From Lingula anatina (Eukaryota > Animalia > Brachiopoda), in assembly GCA_051362555.1 (NCBI GenBank), contig CM120640.1, forward strand, positions 64,396,788-64,460,787: DNA of 64,000 nt, read 5' to 3'. Shown here one piece after another: positions 11,901-24,900 of the stretch (the stretch's first letter is position 1; each line of letters begins with the position of its first letter). Below the pieces are notes generated by a model, which was not told the origin of the DNA, did not search any database, and worked only from the letters and a program-made list of their open reading frames with translations. A program made the position numbers and the translations under genes.

Positions 11901-14900
11901 ACATATACATGCTGAAAAAAGTGAAAAAACAGCATTACTTCCCTAAAAATGACCCGACCATGCTGATTTTCACACTTGACCTGCGTATTATGAATATTCA
12001 TCAGTTCTGTAAGTTTGAAACCAAAAGGTAAAATGGTTTTCCACTTATCATGTTATCGGTGCTGCATATATGCTGAAAAAAGTGAAAAAACAGCATAACT
12101 ACCCTAAAAATGACCCGATCATGCTGATTTTCGAACTTGACCTGCGTATTATGAATATTCATTAGTTCTGCAAGTTTCAAGCCAAAAGGTAAAATGATTT
12201 TTCACTTATCATGTTATCAGTGTTGCATATATGGTGAAAAAAGTGAAAAACAGCATAACTTTCCTAAAAATGACCCGATCATGCTGATTTTTGAATTTGA
12301 CCTGCGTATTATGAATATCCATCAGTTTTGTAAGTTTCAAGGGAAAAGGTAAAATGGTTTTCCACTTATTGTGTTATCGGTGCTGCATATATGCTGAAAC
12401 AAGACAACACTGTTCTGCAATGGGTTTACTTCCATTTTTAAAACACTTTTTTAACATAAAACAAAATAAACAGTTTTCTACCATTTGTATATGATCAACT
12501 AAGAAAATTGATGAGATGGGAAAAATATCAATAGAACAGTGTTAAATGTCCAATTTCCTCCATTCTGAGATAATGAATATAGTAGATGATTGAATCTGAC
12601 AAACTGCAATGATATTTGTTTATTTCCATTTTTGACACTTTATAACATAATACACAATAACAAGTTTACCATCATTTTTACATAATCAACTAACAATGTT
12701 ATTAAGATGCAGGAAATGTCAAACAAACACTTTTACGTATCTTATTAGTTCAATAATGAGACTGTTAACATGCCTAACAATTGAATCTGAGGAAATGTGA
12801 AAAAACAGCATAACTTCTAAAATAATGGCCTGATTATGCTGATTTTCGAACTCAACCTGCATTTTAGTTAGTTTGACTACTCCTGTGAGTATAATGACAA
12901 TTGGCCTATCTGTTTTTCTTATATTGTGTTATTAGCGTTGCATATATGTTGAAAGAAGTGAAAAAACAGCACAACTTCCCTAAAAATGGCCCGATCATGC
13001 TGATTTTCAAACTTTACCTGCGTATTATGAATATTCATCAGTTCTGTAAGTTTCAAGCCAAAAGGTAAAATGGTTTTCCATTTATGGTGTTATTGGTGCT
13101 GCATATATGCTGAAAAAAGAGAAAATATAGCCTAAATTCACTAAAAATGACCCAATCACGCTGATTTTCGAACTTGACCTGCGTATTATGAATATTCATC
13201 AGTTCTGTAAGTTTCAAGCCAAAAGGTAAAATGGTTTTCCACTTATCGTGTTATCGGTGCTGCATATATGCTGAAAAAAGTGAAAAAACAGCATAAATTC
13301 CCTGTAAGTGACCCGATCATGCTGATTTTCGAACTTGACCTGCGTATTACGAATATTCATCAGTTCTGTAAGTTTCAAGCCAAAAGAAAAAACCGTTTTC
13401 CACTTATCGTGTTATCGGTAAAAGTGCACGGCGACGGCGACAGCAGACGCAGATGACAGCTATATGTACAGACACATCTGTGTCTGTACATAAAAATAAA
13501 TGAGGCAAGTGTTCAAAATTGATGTTTCTAAAATGGTTTGGATCCCATCCTCTTCGGTTTGTATGTAAGATATGTGGGTCCGCATTAATGTCATTTCTGT
13601 TGCTGCTGAACTAATACATTTGAATGGCTCGACACTGTCTGCAGACAGGTCAACTGAAACTGAAAAAATGACAGGTCATTGAAAGCCAGTGACAGTGAGA
13701 AGGTATTAAACATTAACAAATATGTCAAATAAATAAGGGGCAATATTCATTTTTATGTATTGCAAAGTTTAAAAGAATTCTTTCAGATTTCCAAGGTCTC
13801 GTTGGTGGATACGTCAGAGATACTGGCCCCTTCTAGTATTGATTATTCAGTTGTGGGACTGGAATCGCTTGTTACAGTACTTATGTCAACAAGGGAAAGT
13901 TCAAGATACATAGCTTTTAAATATGTAATACTCTGACTGAAATTTCAATTACTTTTCACAAGATTGCACGGTACATACCATCTTTTTCACGTGTCGTCTC
14001 CGGGAGTTTGTGCTATGAGAAGGTCCTCACTGGCTTCTTCAAATAAACCTTTGACCTGTCACACCCCTACACAACAAAGTTTCTCATTTCCTTCTGTACT
14101 TTAATGAAAAGATAGTGATATCTTCTTCATGTCGGAAAGTTTTTCTTTAGATCCTGCACCCGTCATAATTATTCATAGCAGATGCTGAACACGCTTTAAG
14201 AAACTAATCGATCACACGCGCAACGCTATTGGGTAAAACCGGCATTGCGTCATGGGTCAATTTCTTTATATGGTAAATTGACCTTGTTATAATTAGATTG
14301 TATTCTAAACATAATCCGATCGGGTGCATGTTAATGCCGTTTTCACAGTTGTGACGAACAGTAATTGAAAGTTTGCGTACCTGGTTTGACCAGATATGCT
14401 TTCGCCAAAATGGCAAAATTACTATGCTCATTTTTCAAATTTCTTCGCCAAAATCAATTTATTTTCACATTTGGCAAATTTGGCGAGCGCTGGCACGACC
14501 CCAGCTTTAGGCAACATAAAGATATGGTACTCAACCAATTGAAGTTCCTTAAACATCTAGAAAATCAAAATATGAAATTTTCATGCTTTAAAAAAATCTA
14601 GGATTACATGACTTGTCTTGTACATGTACATATGCATATTGCACCTACCAATGGTTTGGGGAAGCTGCTGTAGCCAATACTGGCATATCACTTTCTGGAA
14701 CTAGAACCTCCACATCAAATACCAGACTGTCTTCATCAGGAAATTCTACTCGAGTAGTACTACCATCTGCATTATACCTAGTCCAACCTTGTGTTTCAGC
14801 CCAAGTCTGTGGTTTGTATGGTAAACTACCAGTTGTCAATATATCAGCTTTCTTCCTGTATCCAGCACATTGTTTCTCAGCTATGATCTTGAAATGCTCA

Positions 14901-15253
14901 TCAATGTTACTGCCATAAAGCTTAGGTAAATCGAAATTCACCTCTGGAACCACTGTTGTCTCTTTGTCCCACAGGTCATGACTTTTTAGATGCTTTTCAA
15001 TGTCTTTCATTTTTGTGCTCGGGTCTTTGGAATGACCATCTGCATCTTCTTTAAATACTTGTCGGTGTAAGGATTTGGATAACATCTGAATTCCAATTGG
15101 ATTAGAGCGCACTTCATCTTTTTCTGCTGCATCCCGGCCAGAAGAGCATGCCCTGTATGCCATCAAATGAACCCTCGGCCACACAGACAAAGGTGAACAT
15201 TGTGATATTGCATGCTGCAGGCTAATTAGTTTACTGCTGCAAATGCACTTCAT
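4101..15253 (-). CDS. POLG: DNA polymerase gamma catalytic subunit (mitochondrial), N-terminal/exonuclease part; gene continues beyond the left window edge
   Basis: Coding exons 15253-14649, 9653-9479, 9224-9066 and 4241-4101 have GT-AG boundaries and join in frame (~360 aa). Family motifs are present: [27 protein letters not shown], Exo[21 protein letters not shown], Exo[33 protein letters not shown] and [21 protein letters not shown] could not find the next exon (ExoIII) in 1-4100. Confidence 0.96.
5021..7256 (-). mobile_element. Helentron/HINE-like non-autonomous element with internal ~143-bp tandem array
   Basis: One end reads CTCTAGTT on the minus strand, with a subterminal GTACCACCAG. 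The other end has the short inverted repeat CCAGCG-CCTA-CGCTGG. Segment ~6850-7255 is homologous to ~30-445. The superfamily assignment is inferred from structure only. Confidence 0.6.
5300..6280. repeat. Tandem array, ~143-bp unit, ~7 diverged copies
   Basis: The unit AGTTCATGGTGAAAAGTAGGTCAAAGGTCAATTTCAAGG...GACTTCCTATTCAAGTTCAATAGTAACTATGG...TCTCTGCCAGTTTTGGAG recurs at ~5305, 5445, 5585 (internally deleted), 5705, 5850, 5995 and 6137. Confidence 0.92.
10166..10376 (+). mobile_element. Fold-back MITE family A, diverged copy 2 (nested in the 9714-14503 element)
   Basis: The ends TAGACT..GTTCCCATACCTAGATC.ATCTAACAG and GATAGATCGATCCACAGTTAG...ATAGGGTCTGG match the reverse complement of 58903-59148. 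Confidence 0.7.
10996..13497 (-). mobile_element. Second Helentron/HINE-like family with internal ~161-bp tandem repeats
   Basis: A terminal palindrome TATGTACAGACAC-ATCT-GTGTCTGTACATA (~13463-13492) sits next to a GGCGAC-type microsatellite, as in HINE-type elements. A decayed copy of this end is at ~8660-8811. The left boundary is approximate. Confidence 0.55.
11893..13420. repeat. Tandem array, ~161-bp unit, ~7 copies in two blocks (11893-12400 and ~12795-13420)
   Basis: The unit GCTGCATATATGCTGAAAAAAGTGAAAAAACAGCAT...TGACCCGATCATGCTGATTTTCGAACTTGACCTGCGTATTATGAATATTCATCAGTTCTGTAAGTTTCAAGCCAAAAGGTAAAATGGTTTTCCACTTATC recurs with starts at ~12061, 12222, 12382, 12937, 13098 and 13259. Confidence 0.92.
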
Positions 15254-16179
15254 GGCTACAGTTAATTTTTACTGAAGAAAAAATAACAATTTCCACTTAA
15301 TATCATTGTAAGGTTAATTGTATACAAAATGACCTGCCTATGCTTGCATTTTTTGACTGCGAAATTCTACGAAGACAAAGTCTTCAATTTTCACAAGTGT
15401 CAATCAAAAACTAATGATCAAATACTTAAAGTTTTAAAGAATGTGTGCTAAGATTAATCTAAGGAGTTAAGAAAAATTCTGGAGTAGGCTACTGAGAGCA
15501 CAAGAAGAGAGACTTTTTATATATTTTGACAATATTAAATCAGTTTAGATGACCACACACACACACACACACACGGTTATAGTGTGCGTGTCAACTAGAA
15601 AAATTTTATTTCATGTTCAAATATTAGCAGTAGCGAAACTATAGAAACTACCATGCTGTACCCCTACTTTAAAACATGAAATTTGATACTTCCTGATGTA
15701 CGTCAAAGCCTGCACCATGTTGCGTTTTACTGATATAAAGGTATAAAAGGTATTTTGAATCACCACCAAAATCATAACCATGTCTGACCTAACTTGAAAA
15801 GTTTATCAAAATTCATTTAAAACGCTTTGCATCAAAGTTGCTATCACAGTAACAGACAGGCAAACTAACGAACGAACCGCTAACACTGCCTCCTTGACGT
15901 TGACGGAGCCTGTCTATCTGTATACCAAATTTAAAGTCTCTAACATCAGCGTCAAACTTTAGGACCCACTTTGCAATTTTGGACATTAAAAAGTAAACTT
16001 CTTGACTCGTAGGGCACTAAGGGGCACACAAACCTACTGTACCTACGGTGATGATAAAGTGATACGATTAACCTGAATAAAAAATGTTGTCCTGTTGAAC
16101 TAAAGACCAGGTTGAAAGAATCATCAGCAAAGAGAGAAGTGGACGGATCAATCACTCGCACACAATGACTACATGCCCC

Positions 16180-16445
16180 CAAGCCATTGCACTATCCTCA
16201 AGCAGCTGAAAAATCAAAATAAACATGGCGCGCTACACGTGAGTTTAAAATACGTCACGTTCAAACGAGAATATAAGCTAAATGAAATCTTAATACAAAT
16301 TCCATTAATATATTTTACATATTTCACAAAAAATAGTTCATTTTGCATTAAAGTGTGTTGAAATGTGGTCTTTTATTTATCAATTCCAAGCCAAAAATAT
16401 TCTCTTCAATTCTCACGTCTGCGTAATTCATTTAGCCAACATGGC
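16180..16445. promoter_or_regulatory. Putative bidirectional promoter shared by POLG and ubiquilin
   Basis: The divergent start codons are only ~1.2 kb apart (15253 and 16441), with local CpG enrichment. YY1-like AACATGGCG occurs at ~16222 and again over the ubiquilin ATG (16438), an E-box CACGTG at ~16236 and a CRE-like TACGTCA at ~16251. The POLG ATG is preceded by an acceptor-like tract (~15272), implying a non-coding first exon further upstream. Confidence 0.6.
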
Positions 16446-19400
16446 GGAAGGTAGCGAAGATTCGGGATCAAAAATTAATATCGCTGTAAAAACTCCAAAA
16501 GAAAAGAAAGATATTGAAATCGGAGCAGATGCGTCGGTAAAAGAGGTAAGTACATACTTATCTTTCTTGTGAAAAATCCGATATGTGCCTTGAAAGATAA
16601 AAAATATAGGACCATGTGGTTCCCTTGATGTTTGAGTGCATTGCATTTCCTTTACAATTGCTGAACTGTGGAGTGTTGTGCACTGGCGTCAAGTTCGAGA
16701 GGCCCTGTGATGAAAGGTCCAGTGTCTGTTGATTTGTACAGGTTAACCCCGACTGAAATGTTGACCCGCGCCAACCCTAACCTGTATCTTATGGAGGGCA
16801 GGCTCTCTGACTCGGACCCCCCAGTTTTTTCACACCGGTGTCTGGATGAAATGCTGATTCACCCCTCTGTCAAATTAGGCTAATTTTTACTCCTTTTTAT
16901 CCCAGAAAAGGTTTCCGAAGACAATCTTAAGTAAAAACTTTTGATTTTTTTTCCACAAGAAGAATCTAATGATATGATGGATTGGATTGATGGGATTGAA
17001 ATTACTGAGCTTGGAAGAAAGAAATATATTAAATGTATTTATTACTGGGTCATAAAAAGGACAAATATTACGTTTCATTAAGACCATAAGGACCATCTGA
17101 TTTCTAGTAAAATTGAAGTCTTTCATATAGCATCCCTTACCTCCCATGTTCTTATCTCAAACACATCCAAATAGTTCTCTTGGGCACGTTTTCTACTATG
17201 AATTATGACTCGATTTGCTAAGGAGGGGCCTCTTTTTGATATGCTACACTGAGTTTGGAGTCTATGGAACACCAATTACCTTAAACACAGCTATCGGATC
17301 AACCGCATTTGAGTACAGCAATTCCTGCTTAATAATCCATGTAAGCTTGAAAGGTTTTACACTTTATCATATTTATGAAAGTTGGTCAAGCTAAATTAAA
17401 GATTAAAAAGCATGGTGTTGGAATTTTATAATTCTTCTTTTACAGTTTCGTGAAGCTATTTCAAAAGCATTTGGTGCACCAGTAGAACAATTATGTTTGA
17501 TATTTGCTGGGAAGATTCTTAAAGATGAAGAAAATCTAAAACAGCATGGAATCAAGGATGGATTAACAGTGCATTTGGTGATCAAATCAGCTAATAGGGT
17601 GAGTATCAATCACAGAAGTATTTTATTATCTAACATCCAAAATTCCAGATTTATTATATACAGAAACCTGATAATATTTGTCAATATAGTAAGATATCTT
17701 AAGCCATGATCTTCAGATTTGAAAAGGTATGCTTTAATGGCATTGAGTTAATTTTTATTTATTTTATTTTATTATTTTGTTAATTAATTTATTTTATTTA
17801 TTTATTTATTTTTTATTTTTGGGGGGTGGGGGGAGAGTATCTAGCATGTCACTCTAAAAACTTGTGTTACAGAAATTGAGATTGAGTAGCATGTTTGGAT
17901 GCCACGTGCATTGTATGTGGACTTGAAAGAATAGTATATTCCAAGATTCTTGGCACAATAACATTAGAATCTGCACTTTCTTCAGAAAGATTATATAAAT
18001 TTGTCAATTATGTTTGATTTATGGCCAATTTAGAACAAATTTTGCTTGGAACAGGTAGTCAAAGCCAGGCTTTTTATTTCACGGAGATCAATAATCCATA
18101 CCTCTACTGTCTGACACTTTTGCAAGGCTTCTCTGCATCACAGAAAAAATGCCAAACTTCTTAATAGAATCAACAAGTTGTTAAGCAACTCCACAAACTA
18201 GAACGCAGGTATTAAGTACTTAAAAAGATAGTGAGAAATTCAGTAGGAAGAGAAATTAATTCAAGAATGAAAATCCCTCTTTCAAATGAAACTGAAATGT
18301 AAGGATGAAATAATAATATGTGCATTTCAATGTATTATTGTGATCACCTACTGTAAGTGTGCATGTGTCCATGTCATCATATCTTGAGGGGGAGCCAAAG
18401 CAACTGATGCTGAAGTCAACCTAGCATAAGTATTATATTGAAATTTGGAAAGGTGTAGTATACAAAGTTAAGCAATTTAAGATACAGAAACCACCTGGAT
18501 ACCCAATAATAATAATTTTTGACAAAAGAAATCTCAAGGAGATTTTTGTTCATTATTAGAAATATGTATACTCGTAATAAAATTGGAGTGGGTTTGAACT
18601 TGAGGACTGACAAGTGGCTTCCCAATCCAATTCCTTACTTCCGTTTGTCCTAAAACACATTCAGTGCAATTCTTGACTTCTGTTTGTGTAAAAATGCAAT
18701 CTTGACCAGTGTTGAGGATTGAAATAAATATCAGGTTTAAGGGTTTAAGAAGCTGAATGGTTTTCAGTACATCTAAAATTGCTTTTTCTCCATAATGTCT
18801 CAACGTATAATATTGTAGTACTGTCAATTGTTAATTGACTCATTGAATAGAGTTTGGAAATTTATCTAGCAGGTAGCTGTGTTACAGGTTAACTTTCAGA
18901 TCTTGTATATTTTGATATATTATTTGCCAGCTTGGCAAGTTGTCTAAAGGATATCCGCAGTTCAGGCATTTTGTTATTGAGATTTGTCTTCTTGAAGGTG
19001 TTGATTTGGTATTGACTCCCCAGAACACCTGCTGACTTTAGAAGTGCTTGGTTGGAAAATACTTTCAGTTCAGGATTATCATGCCCTACATTTGCTTTTC
19101 CCTTTAAAACACGTCATTGACCCTTTTATATAACAAGAACAATCCTTGCCAAGTACAGCCCTTCAACTAGCGTTATGTTATGTTATGTTCTGTGTTGAAA
19201 TGTGAATGAGCTTATTAATTGGAACTTTGCCCTTAGTTCAGTTAGTTCAATATTGACATTTTTGTTCTAAGTGTATAAATGTATTTTGAAATTTAGCTTG
19301 CATCAGCTTAACAATATGTCTGCATCAGCTCAAAAATGTGTCCATATTATCAAGATGTTTTACAACCAACTTCTGTTAATTAATTTCCCTTAATTTTTTA

Positions 19401-21945
19401 AACCATATATAGGAGCAGATTAGAAATAATAAAAAAAAATGCTCATTGTATGCGTTTTAACTGTGGGTTTTTTCTCTTCATATAGTCACAAGAGCAAGCA
19501 GCTGAGAGGGCCCAAGCAGTAAGTATTAAAAATATAAATGTCTAATTTAATGATCATAGATTTGAGCTTTTCACTTACTACACAAAATTGAAATTAAATA
19601 CCTTTGTCAAAATATCTGATTTTTAACAACAATTTTAGTTAATTGAAAAAATACTATTTTATTTGAAATAAGGCTAGTAAAATTTAATAATCTCAGAACA
19701 CAACTTTGTTTGATTTCAGCTGTAGTAGAATTATACTTGAAATAAGATTAACTTATGTGAAACCAGTTCAATGTGAAGAAATGTTGTCTGTTTTGTCATT
19801 TTAAGGTATTCCATCAATCATGTCTACTAATTGTTAAATAAGCCAGTTCAAACAAATGGAGCTTATACTTCATATTCAAAGTCTAGATCCATTTCTGGAT
19901 TAACCCTAGTGTTTGATTGTTGTATAAATGCCCCCAGACCCCTGCTAGCAATGTCTGAACTTTTTGAAGGCCTTGTTATTCACAAAAGCGATAGATCAAT
20001 GCATAAATGTGTAATTTTGTGATTCAGGCTCCAACCCCATCTCAAGCTAATGTGTCTAATACACCATTTAACCTTGGAAGCATGGGAGGTTTACCTGGCC
20101 TAGGAGGCCTAGGGATGGGTTCCTCTAACTTCATGGACATGCAGCAGAGAATGCAAAGAGAGGTGAGATAAAATTGTTTGTATTACCAAATGTCTAATTA
20201 TGAGATGTTACATTTCTGTATTTTCGTTTCCAGTCAAATGCAACGTTCTTGCTTAAAAACCCACAACAGTAGTTTGAAGACGCTGACACCAACCACTTGG
20301 ATATATGCTAAGACAATACTTTTATAAAATTTTAAGTTCCCATGTCGTTTCAGTTAATGAGCAACCCTGAGTTATTGCAAAATATGATGAACAATCCCAT
20401 GGTCCAGTCATTGATGTCCAACCCAGAAGTGATGAGGCAGTTAATCACAAGCAATCCACAGATGAGAGAGTTGATGGAGGTAAGGCTCTGACTACTGGGC
20501 ACTGGAAGGCCACCTGATGTTAATCTTATTGTTCATTATTGTTAAGGTTTTAAACAAATGATTAAAAAGACACTCAAAAAGAAACTGATTTTTCCAAAAA
20601 AAAAAAAAGAAACATATAAAATTCTTTTAAAAATGCCTGTTACTTAACATAAAAACAAATGTATTTTGTGTGCTAAATAAGATATATTAAACTAAAGGGA
20701 ATAAAAATATTAAAACCAAGTAGTAAAAAATGTATGTTGTTGAATTTTATCAAATTTTTAAATGACTGAAAATGTAGTGGTTAATCAGAGAAAGCAAGCA
20801 AGGTTTAGTAGTTAATCACCTAAATTTTCTTTGAAAGTTGGATGGCACTAAGCTTTTCATTGATGATTTCAGCTTATATAAGAATTTACAATTTTTTAAT
20901 GATATGTAGTGTATCTACATTACCATGTCATGCCAGTTGTATTTGTAAATGATGTAGATGTTTATGATAATATACATGTTCTTTGCTGTATAGAGAAGTT
21001 CATAACAACATTATGTGGAATTATCTCTCTTAAGGTCTTAACTAAGACACAGGATGTTTTACTTATCCAGGGAATGTTTTTGAATTTCAGAGAAATCCTG
21101 AAATCACTCATATGTTGAATAATCCAGAACTAATGAGACAGGTATGTAACTGTTAAGAGCTCTGTAATCTGTTTTTTTTTTTTTCCTCTTTTCTGTGGAA
21201 CTGTTACAAATAAACTACCCTTTTACTTTTTACTATTTACAGACTCGCTGACGTTTTTTTTTTTTTTTTTTTTCAATGAAGAAAAATAAAAATAATTTAG
21301 TGGGCTGAAATTTCTGTTTTATTAGCTGCAGGGAGTGATTTGCAGTCTCAAAACATGTTATTAAAACAGGAAATACTTGCCTTGGCTCCATATGAACAAG
21401 AAGTGGAAGTGGTAACAATGTGTGATGAACATTTGACACAAGTTTCCCTGGAAAGCATGGTTCATTTTATTTACAAACTATGTAAAGGCACTCTGAACAT
21501 GTTTGAAAATTCCCCACAGACATATTAATAAATTTTACTTAAAAAGCTTTTTATATTTTATAATATAGACCTTAAAAATGATAAAGCCCCTTGGAAAAAA
21601 AGTTTATCTGAAGTATCTATGGTGCTGTTATTATCTTCTCAGCCTATTCAAGTAGACTCACAATGTCTGTGGGGCCACAATACAAAACACTGCCATTGTG
21701 TTATGAAGTGAAAATTAAGCCAAGTTGATGTTACTGGCCAGTCATTAAAAACTAAATGATTAAACTAAAATTGGAATAAAACCCCAAATCTCAAATATGG
21801 GAATTGTAGAGCAATGATTCTTGAGTGCGAGAAAATTTCTTCTACCCCCTTCCCCCAGGAAATCTTATTTTGGCTGTGGAAAGGGACTTGAGATTCAGCT
21901 GCTGTATTCTTTTTACCTTAGGTGAACTCAATTTTCAGTTCTTAG

Positions 21946-21977
<32 letters not shown>

Positions 21978-24900
21978 AATCATATTCTATTTTGCAGGTT
22001 AAACAAATATGAAATGTTCAAATAGACTGTGAGAAATTACTGCATTTCTTTTCCAGACAATGCAGTTGACTAGGAACCCTGCCATGATGCAGGAGCTAAT
22101 GAGACAGCAGGACCGGGCTATGAGCAATTTAGAAGTAAGTCTGGCAAAGCATTAGATTGGGATCTTCTTTCACAATACCTTCACAGCCTGAAATGCATAG
22201 TAAGCAATGTTAGCTGAATTTGTGTGCAAAGTGCATTAAAGTGCATATTGTAGACTGCACTATACAAGAAAAAAAAATACTATTATTGTTATTATTATTT
22301 ATCAAAACCTTGGATCACTACGTCTAGACTCGCCCTTCAAGAAATCGACGCCTTCAAGAAATCGACGAAAACCGGAGGTACGTGTTTTTTGCACTGTTTT
22401 TCCTGTCATGCCCATCGTTAAAACTGTGTTGTCAAGTAAAATGAAGCGTCTGATACAAAGTTTCAAACGCGGCATTCACGTGCTTGCTGGCGATGCGTTC
22501 AGTACACTTTGTTTACACTGACAAGTCGAGGTCAGAAATGCACAATGTTTTTCTATGTAATTACGCAGTTTCAATTTTGATTAGTGAATTTTCTTTTATC
22601 TGCATGGGCATTTTCCGAACATTTGTATAAGCCACGAAATATTTCTCATCGGAAAATCACCCAGCAGCTTTCCAAGTACAAACGAGTGACATCATGACGC
22701 ACTTCCGGTTTTCGTCGAGTTCTTGAAGGGATTAGCGTTACGGTTTGCTGCACATTTAAAGCGTTCTGTCTCAACTGCTTGGATTGAAATTTACAGAACT
22801 TATTCTTCACATGATATCACACATATGTGCTTAATTTGAGAGCTTTAGCTGTTATATGTTTTCTACAGTGCCCATTCAAATTTGAAAAAGAGCTATTTTC
22901 CGTCGATTTCTTGAAGGGCAAGTCTATGTGGCAATGGTTATTTAGAATTTAGTTCAGGCAGTGGAAGGGGTAGTGCAACAAGTTTGCTATATCACCTTCA
23001 CAACAAAATAAAAAACAAAACAACAGATATGTATCAATTTCTACAAAGGGAGTGTTAGAAACTTAGCTAAACCACAATTCTTAACATGTAGGTCTTATAG
23101 TAAACTTGTTGCACTAGCAATTATTCTGGAATCTGTGCTTGCCATCAGATTACGTGGACCTTCATAGATGGCTATACCTCAGTAATAAAATCTTAAGAGA
23201 TCGTTAAAAAAAAAAAAAAGAAAAAAAAAACTTGGACAAACTTTGATGTGGGAATGGATTCATTAACCATAACAAACAGATGTTATTCCTTTAAGCCAAA
23301 TAGACAATATTGACCAAACCAAGATAACAAAGAAAATTAATGATTAATTTGTGAATTAAAGCAGAAGAGAAATTACCATGTGCCCATCCATAAAAATATT
23401 TCAGAACACATCTAAAAGTGCACACATAAGATTTATGGATGGATTTTTGATTGACATACAGAAAAAATGTGTTTGCATTAATGAGTGTAAAAAATGGATA
23501 TTCCTTGTTATGTATTATTTTATAAATGGAAATAAGAATGCAGGTACATAACATCAAAAGATGCATTCTAGGCAGTTAACTGCATAAAGGAGAAATTACT
23601 GCTTTTAAAAAGTAATTAGTGACGCAGTTTTTAATATAATAAGTAATATGTGCCTTTTTGTTACGTCAGAGCATTCCAGGCGGTTTTGGTGCACTCCAGC
23701 GGATGTACCAAGAGATTCAAGAACCCATGCTGAATGCTGCTCAGTCCATGGGGAGGGGGAACCCTTTTGCTGCACTCTCTGGACAAAGTATGTGATGTAT
23801 TAGACTGGGTTCCCACAGATTTAGAACAATCCATCTGGATTGACCTAACTCCCTGGGGTTTCACGCTAAATTGCTGTCAGCTTCCGGGAGCCGAGCGCGC
23901 ACAAAAGTTAATTACCCCCTTACAGCTTTTAGTAGGCAGGACAGACATTTAAGCCGGTTAAGCTGACAGCAATCTAGTGAGACTCCCCAGGGGGATAGAT
24001 CGATCTAAATGTCTGTGGGAATGGTCTCTTAGATACCACTTACAACATAAATACTTTTCTTTTTCTCTCTGTCTGTCTTTATTTCCTTTATTTACTTCAA
24101 TACAGTTTTTATGTTGTAATCTTTTTCTGATGGAAAACAACACAACAAAGTAACAGCCTTGACTTGTTTGAAAACACAATAACAGATTTGCCCTTGATCT
24201 TTCTCAGATTGCTAATATGAGTATCATGTTTTTGATTACTTACAACTACGCAGTAACTATTTTTGCCATTTTGACATGTTTTCTACATATCAAATACCAC
24301 TTCATATCATTTAAAATCGTTTTTGGGGATGGGCACCCAATCTTCCTCCTCCCCCCCCCCCCCTCCCCACCACAGGGATTATTTGTTACTGTAAATTCAT
24401 TTGCAGGTCAAGAGAGTAGTGGGACACAGCAGCAAGGACAGGAAAACACAGACCCCTTGCCTAACCCCTGGGTACCACAGTCACCAGGGAGCACCAGTAT
24501 AGGCACCACTGGTAGCACCACCACTACCACAGGTACCACAGCAGGAAATGGTGAGTAGAAACTAGTCATGGATGTTTTGCTTTGTGTCACTTACAAAAGT
24601 CATGAGTTTGCAGTAGGTCTATTCACGGGAAAAACTTAAAGACCCAAAATATGACTGAAGTACCTTTAAGTGTTTCTTTTGCTGAGTTTTTAAGATTTTG
24701 AGATGTTTTTATGTTATTGAACAAGTGTGTGTATGTGTGTGTGTGTGTGTATTACTTGGCAAAAATTGTCCCTTAAATGTTCTTCATCTGAAGTGTTATT
24801 TTCAGCTCTAGGATCAAACCCAGTATTTAATACCCCTGGCATGCAGAGCCTGATGAGCCAAATGACACAGAATCCCCAGCTCATGCAAAACATGTTACAG

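Larger units (their letters stand above)
9714..14503. mobile_element. Composite hAT-like element (~4.8 kb) with nested insertions
   Basis: It has imperfect TIRs TGGGGTAGCGCTAG...CTGGCACGACCCCA and 8-bp flanks GCTTTAGC / GCTTTAGG (7/8 identical). Subterminal arrays are TTTAGCCAA (x4, left) and TTCGCCAAA/TTTGGC (right). Confidence 0.6.

Noticed and set aside
5300-13420. Regularly spaced repeats as a CRISPR-like array
   Set aside because: The whole units repeat with no unique spacers, there are no cas genes, and the context is a eukaryotic intron. These are satellites inside transposons.
13520-14200. Transposase remnant inside the 9714-14503 element
   Set aside because: The composition is suggestive, but frames are broken and no hAT motif could be read.
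14649-15271. POLGARF-like overlapping reading frame as in mammalian POLG
   Set aside because: The ORF track shows no long same-strand alternative frame in this exon. The 14613-14918 ORF is antisense and lacks independent support.
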